Virus record (IMG/VR): IMGVR_UViG_3300037067_022448
Span: 32,001 to 96,000 of that record
DNA from: a virus
Lineage: Duplodnaviria > Caudoviricetes
Reading direction: 5' to 3' (one strand)
Length of the DNA: 64,000 nt
The translations under genes and the position numbers were made by a program. Position 1 is the stretch's first letter, and every line of letters begins with the position of its first letter. Below the pieces are notes generated by a model, which made no database searches, was not told the DNA's origin, and saw only the letters and a program-made list of their open reading frames with translations. Shown here one piece after another: positions 9,935 through 18,946 of this stretch.

Positions 9935-10626
9935 TTATTTTTCTCCAATTTATCTTTATGTAATATTAAAATTTTCTGTATCTTGGCAAAAAAATTATCT
10001 TGAGACATAGTTAATTTCATTTTATTACAATCTGGACAACATGGGATAACATTATTTAAAACATACCCAATATTATTATCAATACGATCCAACCCGCTCA
10101 TTATTCCCGCTCTGTTATAATCACCGCAATACCAACATGGCTGATGAACGAGTATACTAAATTCATCAAAAGATATTTCAAAAACATAATTTCTACTTTT
10201 TGCACTTGTTTTATATGTTCTAAACATCTGTTCTGGTATATACAAATTATAGCATGCAGTACAAATGGGTTCGTGTGTATCCGATCTGGCATTAACTGGT
10301 TTAAGTTGTTTACAAAATTTGCAAACTTCTGCATTCATTTTTGAACGACAGTTTCCACAAATAGATTTACCATCTTCATTACGGGTACAAATTGTCTTTA
10401 ATTCATTACAAATACAACAAATTTCTGTATGAGAGGCATCATAACATTTATGGCACAAAGTTGTTTTACCATCTATTTTCGTGGCAGCAATTCTTAATTC
10501 TCCACATACAGAACAAATTACTTTACGATTTATTTCATTATAACATTTTCCACAAAGATTTTGATTATTGCTTTTACAAACAATTTGTCTTGTCTCTTTA
10601 CACTTAGAACAAATACCCATAATCAT
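9931..10626 (-). CDS. free-standing HNH-type endonuclease with four N-terminal CxxC..CxxC repeats
   Basis: C-terminal CWYCG...GLDRIDNNIGYVLNNVIPCCPDCNKMK; inserted between prkA and yeaH. Confidence 0.78.
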   Translation of the reverse strand: MIMGICSKCKETRQIVCKSNNQNLCGKCYNEINRKVICSVCGELRIAATKIDGKTTLCHKCYDASHTEICCICNELKTICTRNEDGKSICGNCRSKMNAEVCKFCKQLKPVNARSDTHEPICTACYNLYIPEQMFRTYKTSAKSRNYVFEISFDEFSILVHQPCWYCGDYNRAGIMSGLDRIDNNIGYVLNNVIPCCPDCNKMKLTMSQDNFFAKIQKILILHKDKLEKNK

Positions 10627-10633
10627 AACAATC

Positions 10634-13600
10634 TCAACTGTTTTTTGACATTATATCTGAAACATATCTCAGAAGCTCATTCGCGCTTTCAGCCGTATAA
10701 CCATGTTTTTCGACAAGAACATTAACAACCTCATTGATCTTCTTAAGACCTTCAGGATCGGGATTACGTACAGAAACTGTTAATCTAATAACATCTTTGC
10801 GCTCATTAAAGAGTTGTTTTTGGAGGGCTTCCTTAAGTTTTGGATGGGATTGATAATTATATTGGCCCGAGGCGCTCTTTGATTTAATCATTTTACGATA
10901 TACTTCTTGACGAAATTCATCTTTTCCGCTAGTTGTAATATTAATTTTTTCTTCAATACTGCGCATTAACTTCTCATCAGCTTCTACCATGTCGCCCCAT
11001 TCATTTTCAATCTTGGAATCATCTAAATATGCGCCAACATTATCAATATAGTTTGAAAGCAGATTTTTAATCTCATATTCAAAATTTACGAAGAAGGCTT
11101 TTTGTACTTCATTGGTAGCAATTTTACTATATTCCTCAATACATAAAGAAATAAGTTCTTCAAGTTTATGAATTTGTTCTTTATCAAGTTTGGCATTTGT
11201 AGAAAGACCCTCTTGAATACTACGAATAGCTGCGATTGGAGTAACAGCTCGAACGCCATGACGAGCAAAACAGGCAGCCAATCTATTAACAATATATCTT
11301 GGCGATATACCATCTAACCCTTCACGTTGAGCATCTTCTTGAAGCTCTTTAATATCTTCTGGGCTCAAACCTTCTATGTTTTCACTATTATATAGTCTCA
11401 TCTTTTGAAGAAGAGTAATACTTCTATCTTTAGGTTCTTCGAGACGAGAAAGAATAGCAAACATAGCTGCGATATATAGGGTATGTGGAGCAATATGTAC
11501 CCCTTGAAAACCAGAAGTTTGACAAATTAGTTTTTCATAGATTTTAACTTCATCATCTAATCTAAGATTATACGGGAACTTAACAACCCAGAGTCTGTCA
11601 TGAAGGGCCTCTTCAGTTTTATTAGCAACAAACTTATTAAATTCAGTTTCGTTAGTGTTGTGACATACAACATTTCCTACACCACATGTAAATGAATGAT
11701 TATCTTCACATTCAATATCATATACTGTTATATCTTCTACTAAAACTTCTTCTATGGTATTATTCTGATCTTTTTTTGTAGATTCTCTATACCTTATTTC
11801 AAAAGCTTCTTTCCCGGTAGAAGTATAAGAATGAGATATACTAAAATCCATTCCAAGCATGGTAGATAAAAAGCCAAATTGTGAGGCAAGCATTTTACTT
11901 GTAGTTTTATAACGATAGCATTTATCTAAATAGGATTGAGATTTGATTGCCAAATTACTTGGAACTACTGTTCCATCTCCTTTTACCATCTCATAGAAAA
12001 AATATTCTATGTCTTGTCTTGATAAATTAAAAATAAAGTCCGGAATCCGTTTATTTTCGCTGTATTTACAGCAATTATATTCTAAAATCTCTCTCCAAAC
12101 ACGAGTTGATAAATGAAGCCTACTTGTCCCATCTAATTTATCACTTCTATTTTGTAAAGATCCCTTTGAAGAAGAAATAGATTCGGCAGAAATTTTTATA
12201 TCCTGTAAAACATCAATATTATTTTGACTAATAATAGCATGAGATTCATTAACATGTCCCTCAGTAATAAACCACGCCATGACTTTCAAAAGATCGCGTA
12301 GATCTTTTGATTCAGTTCTGTATTCAGATTTTAACCAATATTTGCCATATTCTCCATCTATCTTCTTATTACCTGATGGTTTCACAAAAATTTTATTTTC
12401 TACTACATGTAAACTATCCGGAATAGGTAATGAAAAACTACCAATCTTTTCCGATTTTTCTGGCAAGGTTCTAAAAGTTAAAGCACTCTGTTTAGAGTCT
12501 GGATAAAACGGTTTAAGATCTTTTCCAATTATAGAGTGATTCCAAGTAGTATCAACAATACCATTTGATTGTATAGTTTTAATTAAACGACCAGAAAATT
12601 GATGTTGAGAAAACGATTTAACATTCGTCCAAACAGGATTTCCTTTACCATCAGTTGCTAAAACTTGAATTTTAGTGTCATTTTTATCAATTAAATCTTT
12701 CATAGTGCTAAAACAAATTTCTTCATTTTTTTTATATGGAATTGGTGTATCTCCGGTTACACTATGTGCAATTGGTACCAAATCGGCATAAATAAGAGGG
12801 AAACGCTCAACCTTGATGCGCTTCTCTTGTGCGAGAGTTAGCAGAATATGTCTAAATTTAGGGTCTACCTTTAACATTTCAATAAATTCCATTAGTCCGC
12901 GATTGGCCACATTAAGCTCGCCATCAAAATTATAAGCAAGAGGGTGAGATTCAATGCCAAAATCTTCTAACTTGGCAAAATTAACTGAGCCTACTAATTC
13001 TGACTGAGACTGACTGTTATGAGAAATAAACCCATTTGCTATAAATTTGTGATGTTCAGGAACTTCTATGTCATAGACATCACCAATCTCTTTATTTATG
13101 GAAGTTATTTGGACATATAAATATTTCTTATCTGCTATGTTTTTAACCACGTTTAAAATATCTTTTGGGCAACCGTTTTGTTCTGCCTGTTCAGCAAATT
13201 TTAATAAACTGTTTCTTGAAAATCTGCGACCATAAGACTTTGTACTAACCGTATATCTATGCCAATCACTCATATAATTTATAGATTTACAAACATTTCG
13301 TATTAGTGTATCTATTCTTGGCATTAAATAAGTGTTTTCATTGTGTTTAACGGTAGATAAATCCCTTGTATATTTATATTTAGGAATATTAAGAATATCT
13401 GCTAGATGTTCTACTCTTTCGCCTGTTATTAAAATTTTATAGGCCCCAGAAGTTCCAATAGAAGGATCATAGATTCTATTAGAGGGAATTCCTAGAAAAA
13501 GTAATAGAAGATGTGTTTGGTGTGCCAATATGGGAGAAACAGTGCTATATATTGCTTCATTTGTGTCTTTAACGCTGTGTTTTCCTATATTCCCATCTCC

Positions 13601-14944
13601 TAGCCACATTCCAAATAAAATATCTTTTATTAGACCCGAAGTAAAACACGCTGATGGAATATGTTTTAAATGCGCGCCAGTAGTAAATCCTAATTCTTTC
13701 ATAAAATTAACTAATTTTTCCCCCCAAACAAAAACGCCTTTTCCATCTTTTCTATAGGTCATATGAAGGCCCGCCTCGATACTAAATTCTTTTATCATGT
13801 TTTTAACATTTTCATTACAATTAGATATTTCTACACCAACGTTTTCTTTTAAAAAGCGTCCCTCGGAAATATAAAGACCCAAAAAACGAGCAAAACTTTG
13901 GGTCCATTTTAAATTAAGTTTATTTTCCATTAATTCTTCTTTTTTAAAATCGAGCCCATGCCCTTTTGACATTACGAGAGTGTCTCCTATTGCCAATTCT
14001 TCAGCATTTTTCCAAACAAATTCTCCATTATCACACACTGTCATTAGAGGATGGTTTGGTGTTGCTTCTATATTATATCCCAAGTTTGTATCAATTTTTA
14101 AAATTTCTCTGTCACTGTATCTGAAAAATTTAGTTGCTCTAGCCATTTTACCATTATCCAAAACAACATTAATATTAATATCTTCTTCATTTTCATTACC
14201 GAGTTCAGAAATATCTTTTAAAGAATTATCTAATAGTATCAATGAGTTCCTGGTACACTTTGTGTCGCCAGGCTGGAAAGTGCCGATACCAATACGATTC
14301 ATTTCAGACATAAAAACTCTTTTAACTGGAATTCGCCAAAAATCACCACCAAATTCTTCTTTTAACCTATAAGCACATTTGGGACACAAATCGCCTTCAA
14401 TTACTAATCCGTACTTTTCTCTAATTGCTTTGCGGGCAGCAAGAGGAATGGCATTGAGTGGATTCTCGTGCATCGGACAACCATCAATTCCAAAAACCCT
14501 ACCTTCCTTTGTACGCGTAAATTTCTCTAAACCGTGCTTTAACATAATAGAAAATTGAGATTTACCGGAACTAGTCGGTCCCCAGAGAAGAAGAATTCTT
14601 CTGCTTACCTCAGAACCAGCAGCAGCAGCTTTAAAATATTGCATAATTTGAGCCAAAACATGATCAACACCAAACAGCTCTTTTTTGAAGAAATTATAGA
14701 AAGGCATCTTTTTCCTTTCATCTTTATCCTCAAACTCAACACCAGCAGACTCAATCATTCTACAGATTCTAGAATGTGCAAGCTCATTAAGATATGGTTC
14801 CTCAACAACCATAGGTAAATATTCTCGCAATGTACCATTCCATTGCGTTAAATCTTCTTCACTAGTACAAAAATCAATTAAGTCTAGAATACTGGACAAT
14901 TCTGCTACTTCCTCTTTTTTCTTTGTGTTTTTTACTATGGTCAT
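10634..14944 (-). CDS. prkA: PrkA/YeaG family AAA+ protein (serine kinase family) with two inteins (~653 aa after splicing)
   Basis: LLLWGPTSSGKS Walker A, CPMHENPL, GIGTFQPGD.K^SQ, DGELNVANRGLMEFIEMLK, AH^TNETEF, EALHDR, EGLDGISPRY. Confidence 0.93.
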   Translation of the reverse strand: MTIVKNTKKKEEVAELSSILDLIDFCTSEEDLTQWNGTLREYLPMVVEEPYLNELAHSRICRMIESAGVEFEDKDERKKMPFYNFFKKELFGVDHVLAQIMQYFKAAAAGSEVSRRILLLWGPTSSGKSQFSIMLKHGLEKFTRTKEGRVFGIDGCPMHENPLNAIPLAARKAIREKYGLVIEGDLCPKCAYRLKEEFGGDFWRIPVKRVFMSEMNRIGIGTFQPGDTKCTRNSLILLDNSLKDISELGNENEEDININVVLDNGKMARATKFFRYSDREILKIDTNLGYNIEATPNHPLMTVCDNGEFVWKNAEELAIGDTLVMSKGHGLDFKKEELMENKLNLKWTQSFARFLGLYISEGRFLKENVGVEISNCNENVKNMIKEFSIEAGLHMTYRKDGKGVFVWGEKLVNFMKELGFTTGAHLKHIPSACFTSGLIKDILFGMWLGDGNIGKHSVKDTNEAIYSTVSPILAHQTHLLLLFLGIPSNRIYDPSIGTSGAYKILITGERVEHLADILNIPKYKYTRDLSTVKHNENTYLMPRIDTLIRNVCKSINYMSDWHRYTVSTKSYGRRFSRNSLLKFAEQAEQNGCPKDILNVVKNIADKKYLYVQITSINKEIGDVYDIEVPEHHKFIANGFISHNSQSQSELVGSVNFAKLEDFGIESHPLAYNFDGELNVANRGLMEFIEMLKVDPKFRHILLTLAQEKRIKVERFPLIYADLVPIAHSVTGDTPIPYKKNEEICFSTMKDLIDKNDTKIQVLATDGKGNPVWTNVKSFSQHQFSGRLIKTIQSNGIVDTTWNHSIIGKDLKPFYPDSKQSALTFRTLPEKSEKIGSFSLPIPDSLHVVENKIFVKPSGNKKIDGEYGKYWLKSEYRTESKDLRDLLKVMAWFITEGHVNESHAIISQNNIDVLQDIKISAESISSSKGSLQNRSDKLDGTSRLHLSTRVWREILEYNCCKYSENKRIPDFIFNLSRQDIEYFFYEMVKGDGTVVPSNLAIKSQSYLDKCYRYKTTSKMLASQFGFLSTMLGMDFSISHSYTSTGKEAFEIRYRESTKKDQNNTIEEVLVEDITVYDIECEDNHSFTCGVGNVVCHNTNETEFNKFVANKTEEALHDRLWVVKFPYNLRLDDEVKIYEKLICQTSGFQGVHIAPHTLYIAAMFAILSRLEEPKDRSITLLQKMRLYNSENIEGLSPEDIKELQEDAQREGLDGISPRYIVNRLAACFARHGVRAVTPIAAIRSIQEGLSTNAKLDKEQIHKLEELISLCIEEYSKIATNEVQKAFFVNFEYEIKNLLSNYIDNVGAYLDDSKIENEWGDMVEADEKLMRSIEEKINITTSGKDEFRQEVYRKMIKSKSASGQYNYQSHPKLKEALQKQLFNERKDVIRLTVSVRNPDPEGLKKINEVVNVLVEKHGYTAESANELLRYVSDIMSKNS
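11657..12763 (-). mobile_element. intein 2 in PrkA (369 aa), Ser1 / Thr+1, LAGLIDADG-type
   Basis: Begins SVTGDTPI after PIAH; TWNHSI; WFITEG and MVKGDG; ends FTCGVGNVVCHN before TNETE. Confidence 0.9.
13016..14257 (-). mobile_element. intein 1 in PrkA (414 aa), LAGLIDADG-type
   Basis: Begins CTRNSLI after PGDTK; ATPNHPL; GLYISEG and GMWLGDG; ends FIANGFISHN before SQS. Confidence 0.92.
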
Positions 14945-15021
14945 CTAATCTCCTAAATTGAAAATTATGCCACGAGGCATCTTTATATTTTAATCTAGTT
15001 AAAACGAATTAATTCAACAAT

Positions 15022-15282
15022 TTATTTATCACCGAAAATATTTGCTGCTGATTCCTCATCACCGCTTTTTATTTTCTTAGCAATTCTTTTGGCATCAGGT
15101 TTTATAACTTTTTCATAATACTCTTTGGAATTCTGATAATTAATATCAGGAGAACACAGTGAAATTATTTTTTTTAGTTTGCCACTACATTTAGGGCATA
15201 CTTGTAACAACTCATCATTAATACTCTGAAGCTCAATTAATTGATGAGAACAAGCGAGGCATCGATATTCATATAACGGCAT
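15022..15282 (-). CDS. FmdB family zinc-ribbon protein
   Basis: MPLYEYRCLACSH...CPKCSGKLKKIIS; GGAGG SD upstream. Confidence 0.85.
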   Translation of the reverse strand: MPLYEYRCLACSHQLIELQSINDELLQVCPKCSGKLKKIISLCSPDINYQNSKEYYEKVIKPDAKRIAKKIKSGDEESAANIFGDK

Positions 15283-15514
15283 ACTTCCTCCTTAGCGTAC
15301 TTACATATTTCTTCACTGCTCATATTTTTATATTTACTATTTTTCTTATAATTATTATTCGATAAAACCAATGTTCGCTTGTTTACACACATAAAAACCA
15401 TTTCTTAATCTAAGCAGATCATCGGATACAATAATATTAAAAAAACCTGTATACTTTTTAAGTAACCTATCATACTTCTAAAGTCGCCACGCCGTTTATA
15501 ATTTCATTCCATCT

Positions 15515-15658
15515 TCATTCTCTACAATTAATTTTAAATTTATAATCTTCCCATTCTCGTAATATTTTCTGTCGCCAAACTGAGTCGACAACTTTAAATT
15601 TAAGAAACAACTCCTGATAAATTACCGTATACAATTCATCTATTTCAGTCTCCGTCAT
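15515..15658 (-). CDS. small hypothetical protein (47 aa, MTETEIDELYTVIYQELF...)
   Basis: Manual translation; ATG overlaps the end of dnaB; below ORF-track length cutoff. Confidence 0.4.
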   Translation of the reverse strand: MTETEIDELYTVIYQELFLKFKVVDSVWRQKILREWEDYKFKINCRE

Positions 15659-17057
15659 TTTCGTAACCATCCATTACATTATAAGTCTCCGGCGCCCATC
15701 CTGGCACATCATCATAAATACGCATTATATCTAGGCGTTTATGCAAAACAAATGCCCCTTTCTCACCATCACGCATTTTACTAATATAAACTTCCATATC
15801 TGGTCGCAAATGCTCATCCTTTCGTGTTTTAATATTAAGAAGAATATTTGCATTTTGTGTTAACATAATAGATCTACCAACTCTATGTTGATCTGGAGAA
15901 GGCGGCTCTCCACCATCATGTTGTTTAGGTGGTCGATTAAGTTGCACGGGCGAAATTACTGCTATATTATATTGTCTACAAAATTCATGCATCTGTTCTG
16001 CCAATCTTCCTAAATTAAGCCAGTCTGAACCCTCATCTCTATCTGGAGTCATCAAGCTTATATAATCAATAATAATTAAATCTGGTTGATATTCAAAACA
16101 TTTTTCAATATATGCAGACTCGATTTGTGCCATAGTACAACCACGCGGTACGTCAACAATATGGAAATGTTTATGATATCGCCTTTGGAATTTAAGAGCT
16201 GCCTTAAAACGTTCTGTTTCCTCTAATGTTAATTTACCATCACGTAGATTATATAATTGAATACCGGCTAATGAACAATCGATGCGCCGACGCAAATTGG
16301 CATAAGGCATTTCAATTGTAAAAAATAAAACATTGATACCTGAATCATTAAATTCCATTTTCTCTGCTTCAGCAATAGTACTTGATATAACATTAGTTCC
16401 GCACCAAGCATTAAGAGCCATTTGCATACAAAGTGCTGATTTACCAGATGACGATTCTCCACCAATTAACATTAGCTCTGCTGGTTGTAATCCATTAGTT
16501 ATTTTATCAAATTCTCTTAATCCAAGATGTATTCCTCTTGTAAGCTCTGGATTATCTCTAGCAATTTTATAATTATTCCAAGCTTCTACAACAGTTTCTG
16601 CTAAAGACCCTTCCTTAAAAACACGATTGCTATAAATACCATCAATATTGCCAACAATCCTCCTAAGATCTTTATTGGCCGAACTTAAATCGGTAAATTT
16701 TTTTCCATCCCAGTTTTCTCTAAAAATATTTTTACCTAATTTAAGAAGTAGTTGAGTATTATATCTAGTTTTGAGTTTATCAAGGTCAGATGGAAATTCT
16801 CTAACATCGTAAGATATTGTTATTATTTCTGTATAAACTGCGGATAATTGTTCATTCCAGATAACACCGCCCTGTTCTTCCATAACTTTAGGAGTTGGGA
16901 GTTCGCGAAATTTTTCAAAACATAACATCAATAATCGATAAAAAATTTGAGCTTCTGGATGTAAGTAATCAGTTGTAATAATCGTTTGTAGTTGAAGTGC
17001 AATACGCTTCTCTCCTAAAACATATGCCAAAATCTTTTTATCTAACTCTGGAATCAT
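15645..17057 (-). CDS. dnaB: DnaB-like replicative helicase
   Basis: GLQPAELMLIGGESSSGKS, FFTIEM, IIIDYISLM, PVQLNR, KMRDGE. Confidence 0.9.
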   Translation of the reverse strand: MIPELDKKILAYVLGEKRIALQLQTIITTDYLHPEAQIFYRLLMLCFEKFRELPTPKVMEEQGGVIWNEQLSAVYTEIITISYDVREFPSDLDKLKTRYNTQLLLKLGKNIFRENWDGKKFTDLSSANKDLRRIVGNIDGIYSNRVFKEGSLAETVVEAWNNYKIARDNPELTRGIHLGLREFDKITNGLQPAELMLIGGESSSGKSALCMQMALNAWCGTNVISSTIAEAEKMEFNDSGINVLFFTIEMPYANLRRRIDCSLAGIQLYNLRDGKLTLEETERFKAALKFQRRYHKHFHIVDVPRGCTMAQIESAYIEKCFEYQPDLIIIDYISLMTPDRDEGSDWLNLGRLAEQMHEFCRQYNIAVISPVQLNRPPKQHDGGEPPSPDQHRVGRSIMLTQNANILLNIKTRKDEHLRPDMEVYISKMRDGEKGAFVLHKRLDIMRIYDDVPGWAPETYNVMDGYENDGD

Positions 17058-17725
17058 AATTTTTCCTTACCTTCTCTAGCATCCTTTCCGCTTGCCGGTA
17101 GCACTCTAATAAATTGTGCACCTAATGATTCGAAAGATTTTTTAAACTCTCCTCCAAAAATCTGACTAATATCTAAAGAATTACTACATAAAATTGTAGG
17201 AAGTCTGTTTTGCATCCTATTACGAAGAATATTTTCAAGCTGATTTCCAAATAATTCCATGCTTTGTTGGGTAGGAAAAAATCTCTGATCAACTTCATCT
17301 ATAGCTACAAAGTCAAACTCTTTCATTAGTAATTTTAATTCTGGATTTGGCCCTACAATATTAGCTACTAAATCTGAAAGTGTAATATAAAACACACTAA
17401 AATTTTCAAGAATGGCTTTCTTGAGTATAGCGCAAGCTGCTAATGTTTTGCCACGACCACGCTCACCAACTAAACATAAAGTTATACCTCTACTATATTC
17501 ATTACTAATATTTTTAATATATTCTACTATAGAATCTTTAAAATTAACTTCACCATAAAAATTATCCATCATTTTGTACCAATAATCAACTGGTATTTCT
17601 GCTTCAGCCATTTTATCAATGAACACACAATATCCAAAACAGGCGCTACAACCTAGACCTTTACATTTTTGGCAATTACTTACAATTTTTTTCTTCTCAG
17701 ATTCTATCTTTTTAGTAGAAATCAT
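17054..17725 (-). CDS. DnaC/IstB-like ATPase (helicase loader)
   Basis: N-terminal Cys cluster; LVGERGRGKTLAACAI; VAIDEV; RNRMQNRLPTILCSN; adjacent to dnaB. Confidence 0.82.
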   Translation of the reverse strand: MISTKKIESEKKKIVSNCQKCKGLGCSACFGYCVFIDKMAEAEIPVDYWYKMMDNFYGEVNFKDSIVEYIKNISNEYSRGITLCLVGERGRGKTLAACAILKKAILENFSVFYITLSDLVANIVGPNPELKLLMKEFDFVAIDEVDQRFFPTQQSMELFGNQLENILRNRMQNRLPTILCSNSLDISQIFGGEFKKSFESLGAQFIRVLPASGKDAREGKEKL

Positions 17726-18147
17726 TTTTCACTCCTATTTGTATTTCTCACAAAACTTGGAGGCGTATATGATGTTTGTACAACATCGCTTGTAGTTGGT
17801 ATAGCCATCGAAAAATCATTAGGTCGCTTGTTTATTTTGGCAGCCAGTCTAACTGTATTTTGCACATCTCCGCACAAAACATTATCCGTATTTGCTTCAT
17901 CAGTAGAATTAATTTCTTGTACTGGATAAAACTGTCTATCTTCTTTGATATTATATTTATCATGTGGAACATTTTGTGATTGACCACGAATAGCTGCAAC
18001 TTCACCTAAACAAACCATAGTTTGTTTAAACAAACCATGTTCATTAATTTCCATAAAACCTTCGTGTATATTTGTAATAAATCCTTTTATCACAACGCCA
18101 CTTTTAAGATAAATATCAGCTTCTCTAAAAATCATCTTACTAAACAT
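17722..18147 (-). CDS. hypothetical protein
   Basis: ORF track; coupled to neighbours. Confidence 0.65.
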   Translation of the reverse strand: MFSKMIFREADIYLKSGVVIKGFITNIHEGFMEINEHGLFKQTMVCLGEVAAIRGQSQNVPHDKYNIKEDRQFYPVQEINSTDEANTDNVLCGDVQNTVRLAAKINKRPNDFSMAIPTTSDVVQTSYTPPSFVRNTNRSEK

Positions 18148-18927
18148 TCAATCCTCCAATTTCTTAAATTCTAGCTCATTATTAATAATAATAATCATTT
18201 TCCTATTAACAGCTTCCATAACCACCTTCTTTTCTAAATCTGCTGTCTTATATGTTTTTATAAACGATATTAAACCATTAAGATCATTCCAGGTTTTAAA
18301 ATCGTGCGTTTCAAATAAAGCCGGACATTCTGATTTACACCATTCAAGATAATCTTGTGGCAATGGCGTCTGCCGACGTAATAGCTGATTTTGTGCTTTA
18401 GCATATTTATATTCGTTTATAAATTCTGATAATGTAAAAAATCCAAGACTAGTTATTGGTTTTTTCCTACTGCGCACTTTTTTAGCAAAAACCCATTTAA
18501 TATATGTCGCCGCATCTCTAGCATCATCATCAAACATAGCAATAATCCTACGAGCCATAGTAAATTCTTTTCCTTTATATGGAATAGGATTAGAAACATC
18601 AAAAGTATATGGATATTCATAAAACTCATTAAACTTATAACAAAAATATCCTATAAGACATGATGGTTTATCTTTAATATTTTTCCAATATTCTTTTTCT
18701 TTCCAACGCGTGCTATACATTTCCCACCACTTTTCCCACTCATTAGTTCCGTAGCCACATTTGGGGCATGAGAATACTGGATACTTGGCACCTTTACCCT
18801 CAAATATTACTTCAGTTTCTAAACCACAAACTTTACATTTTGGTTTTTCAGATTTTTTAGACATAAGCGCCTCCGTTCCAATAAATATACAAATAAAAAT
18901 GGCAAGTCGACTTCGAACTTGTAACAT
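18148..18927 (-). CDS. hypothetical zinc-ribbon protein (likely start 18864 with GGAGG SD)
   Basis: CKVCG...CPKCG; lies in the replication module. Confidence 0.7.
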   Translation of the reverse strand: MLQVRSRLAIFICIFIGTEALMSKKSEKPKCKVCGLETEVIFEGKGAKYPVFSCPKCGYGTNEWEKWWEMYSTRWKEKEYWKNIKDKPSCLIGYFCYKFNEFYEYPYTFDVSNPIPYKGKEFTMARRIIAMFDDDARDAATYIKWVFAKKVRSRKKPITSLGFFTLSEFINEYKYAKAQNQLLRRQTPLPQDYLEWCKSECPALFETHDFKTWNDLNGLISFIKTYKTADLEKKVVMEAVNRKMIIIINNELEFKKLED

Positions 18928-18946
18928 CTAGAAAATAAAAGGGACT

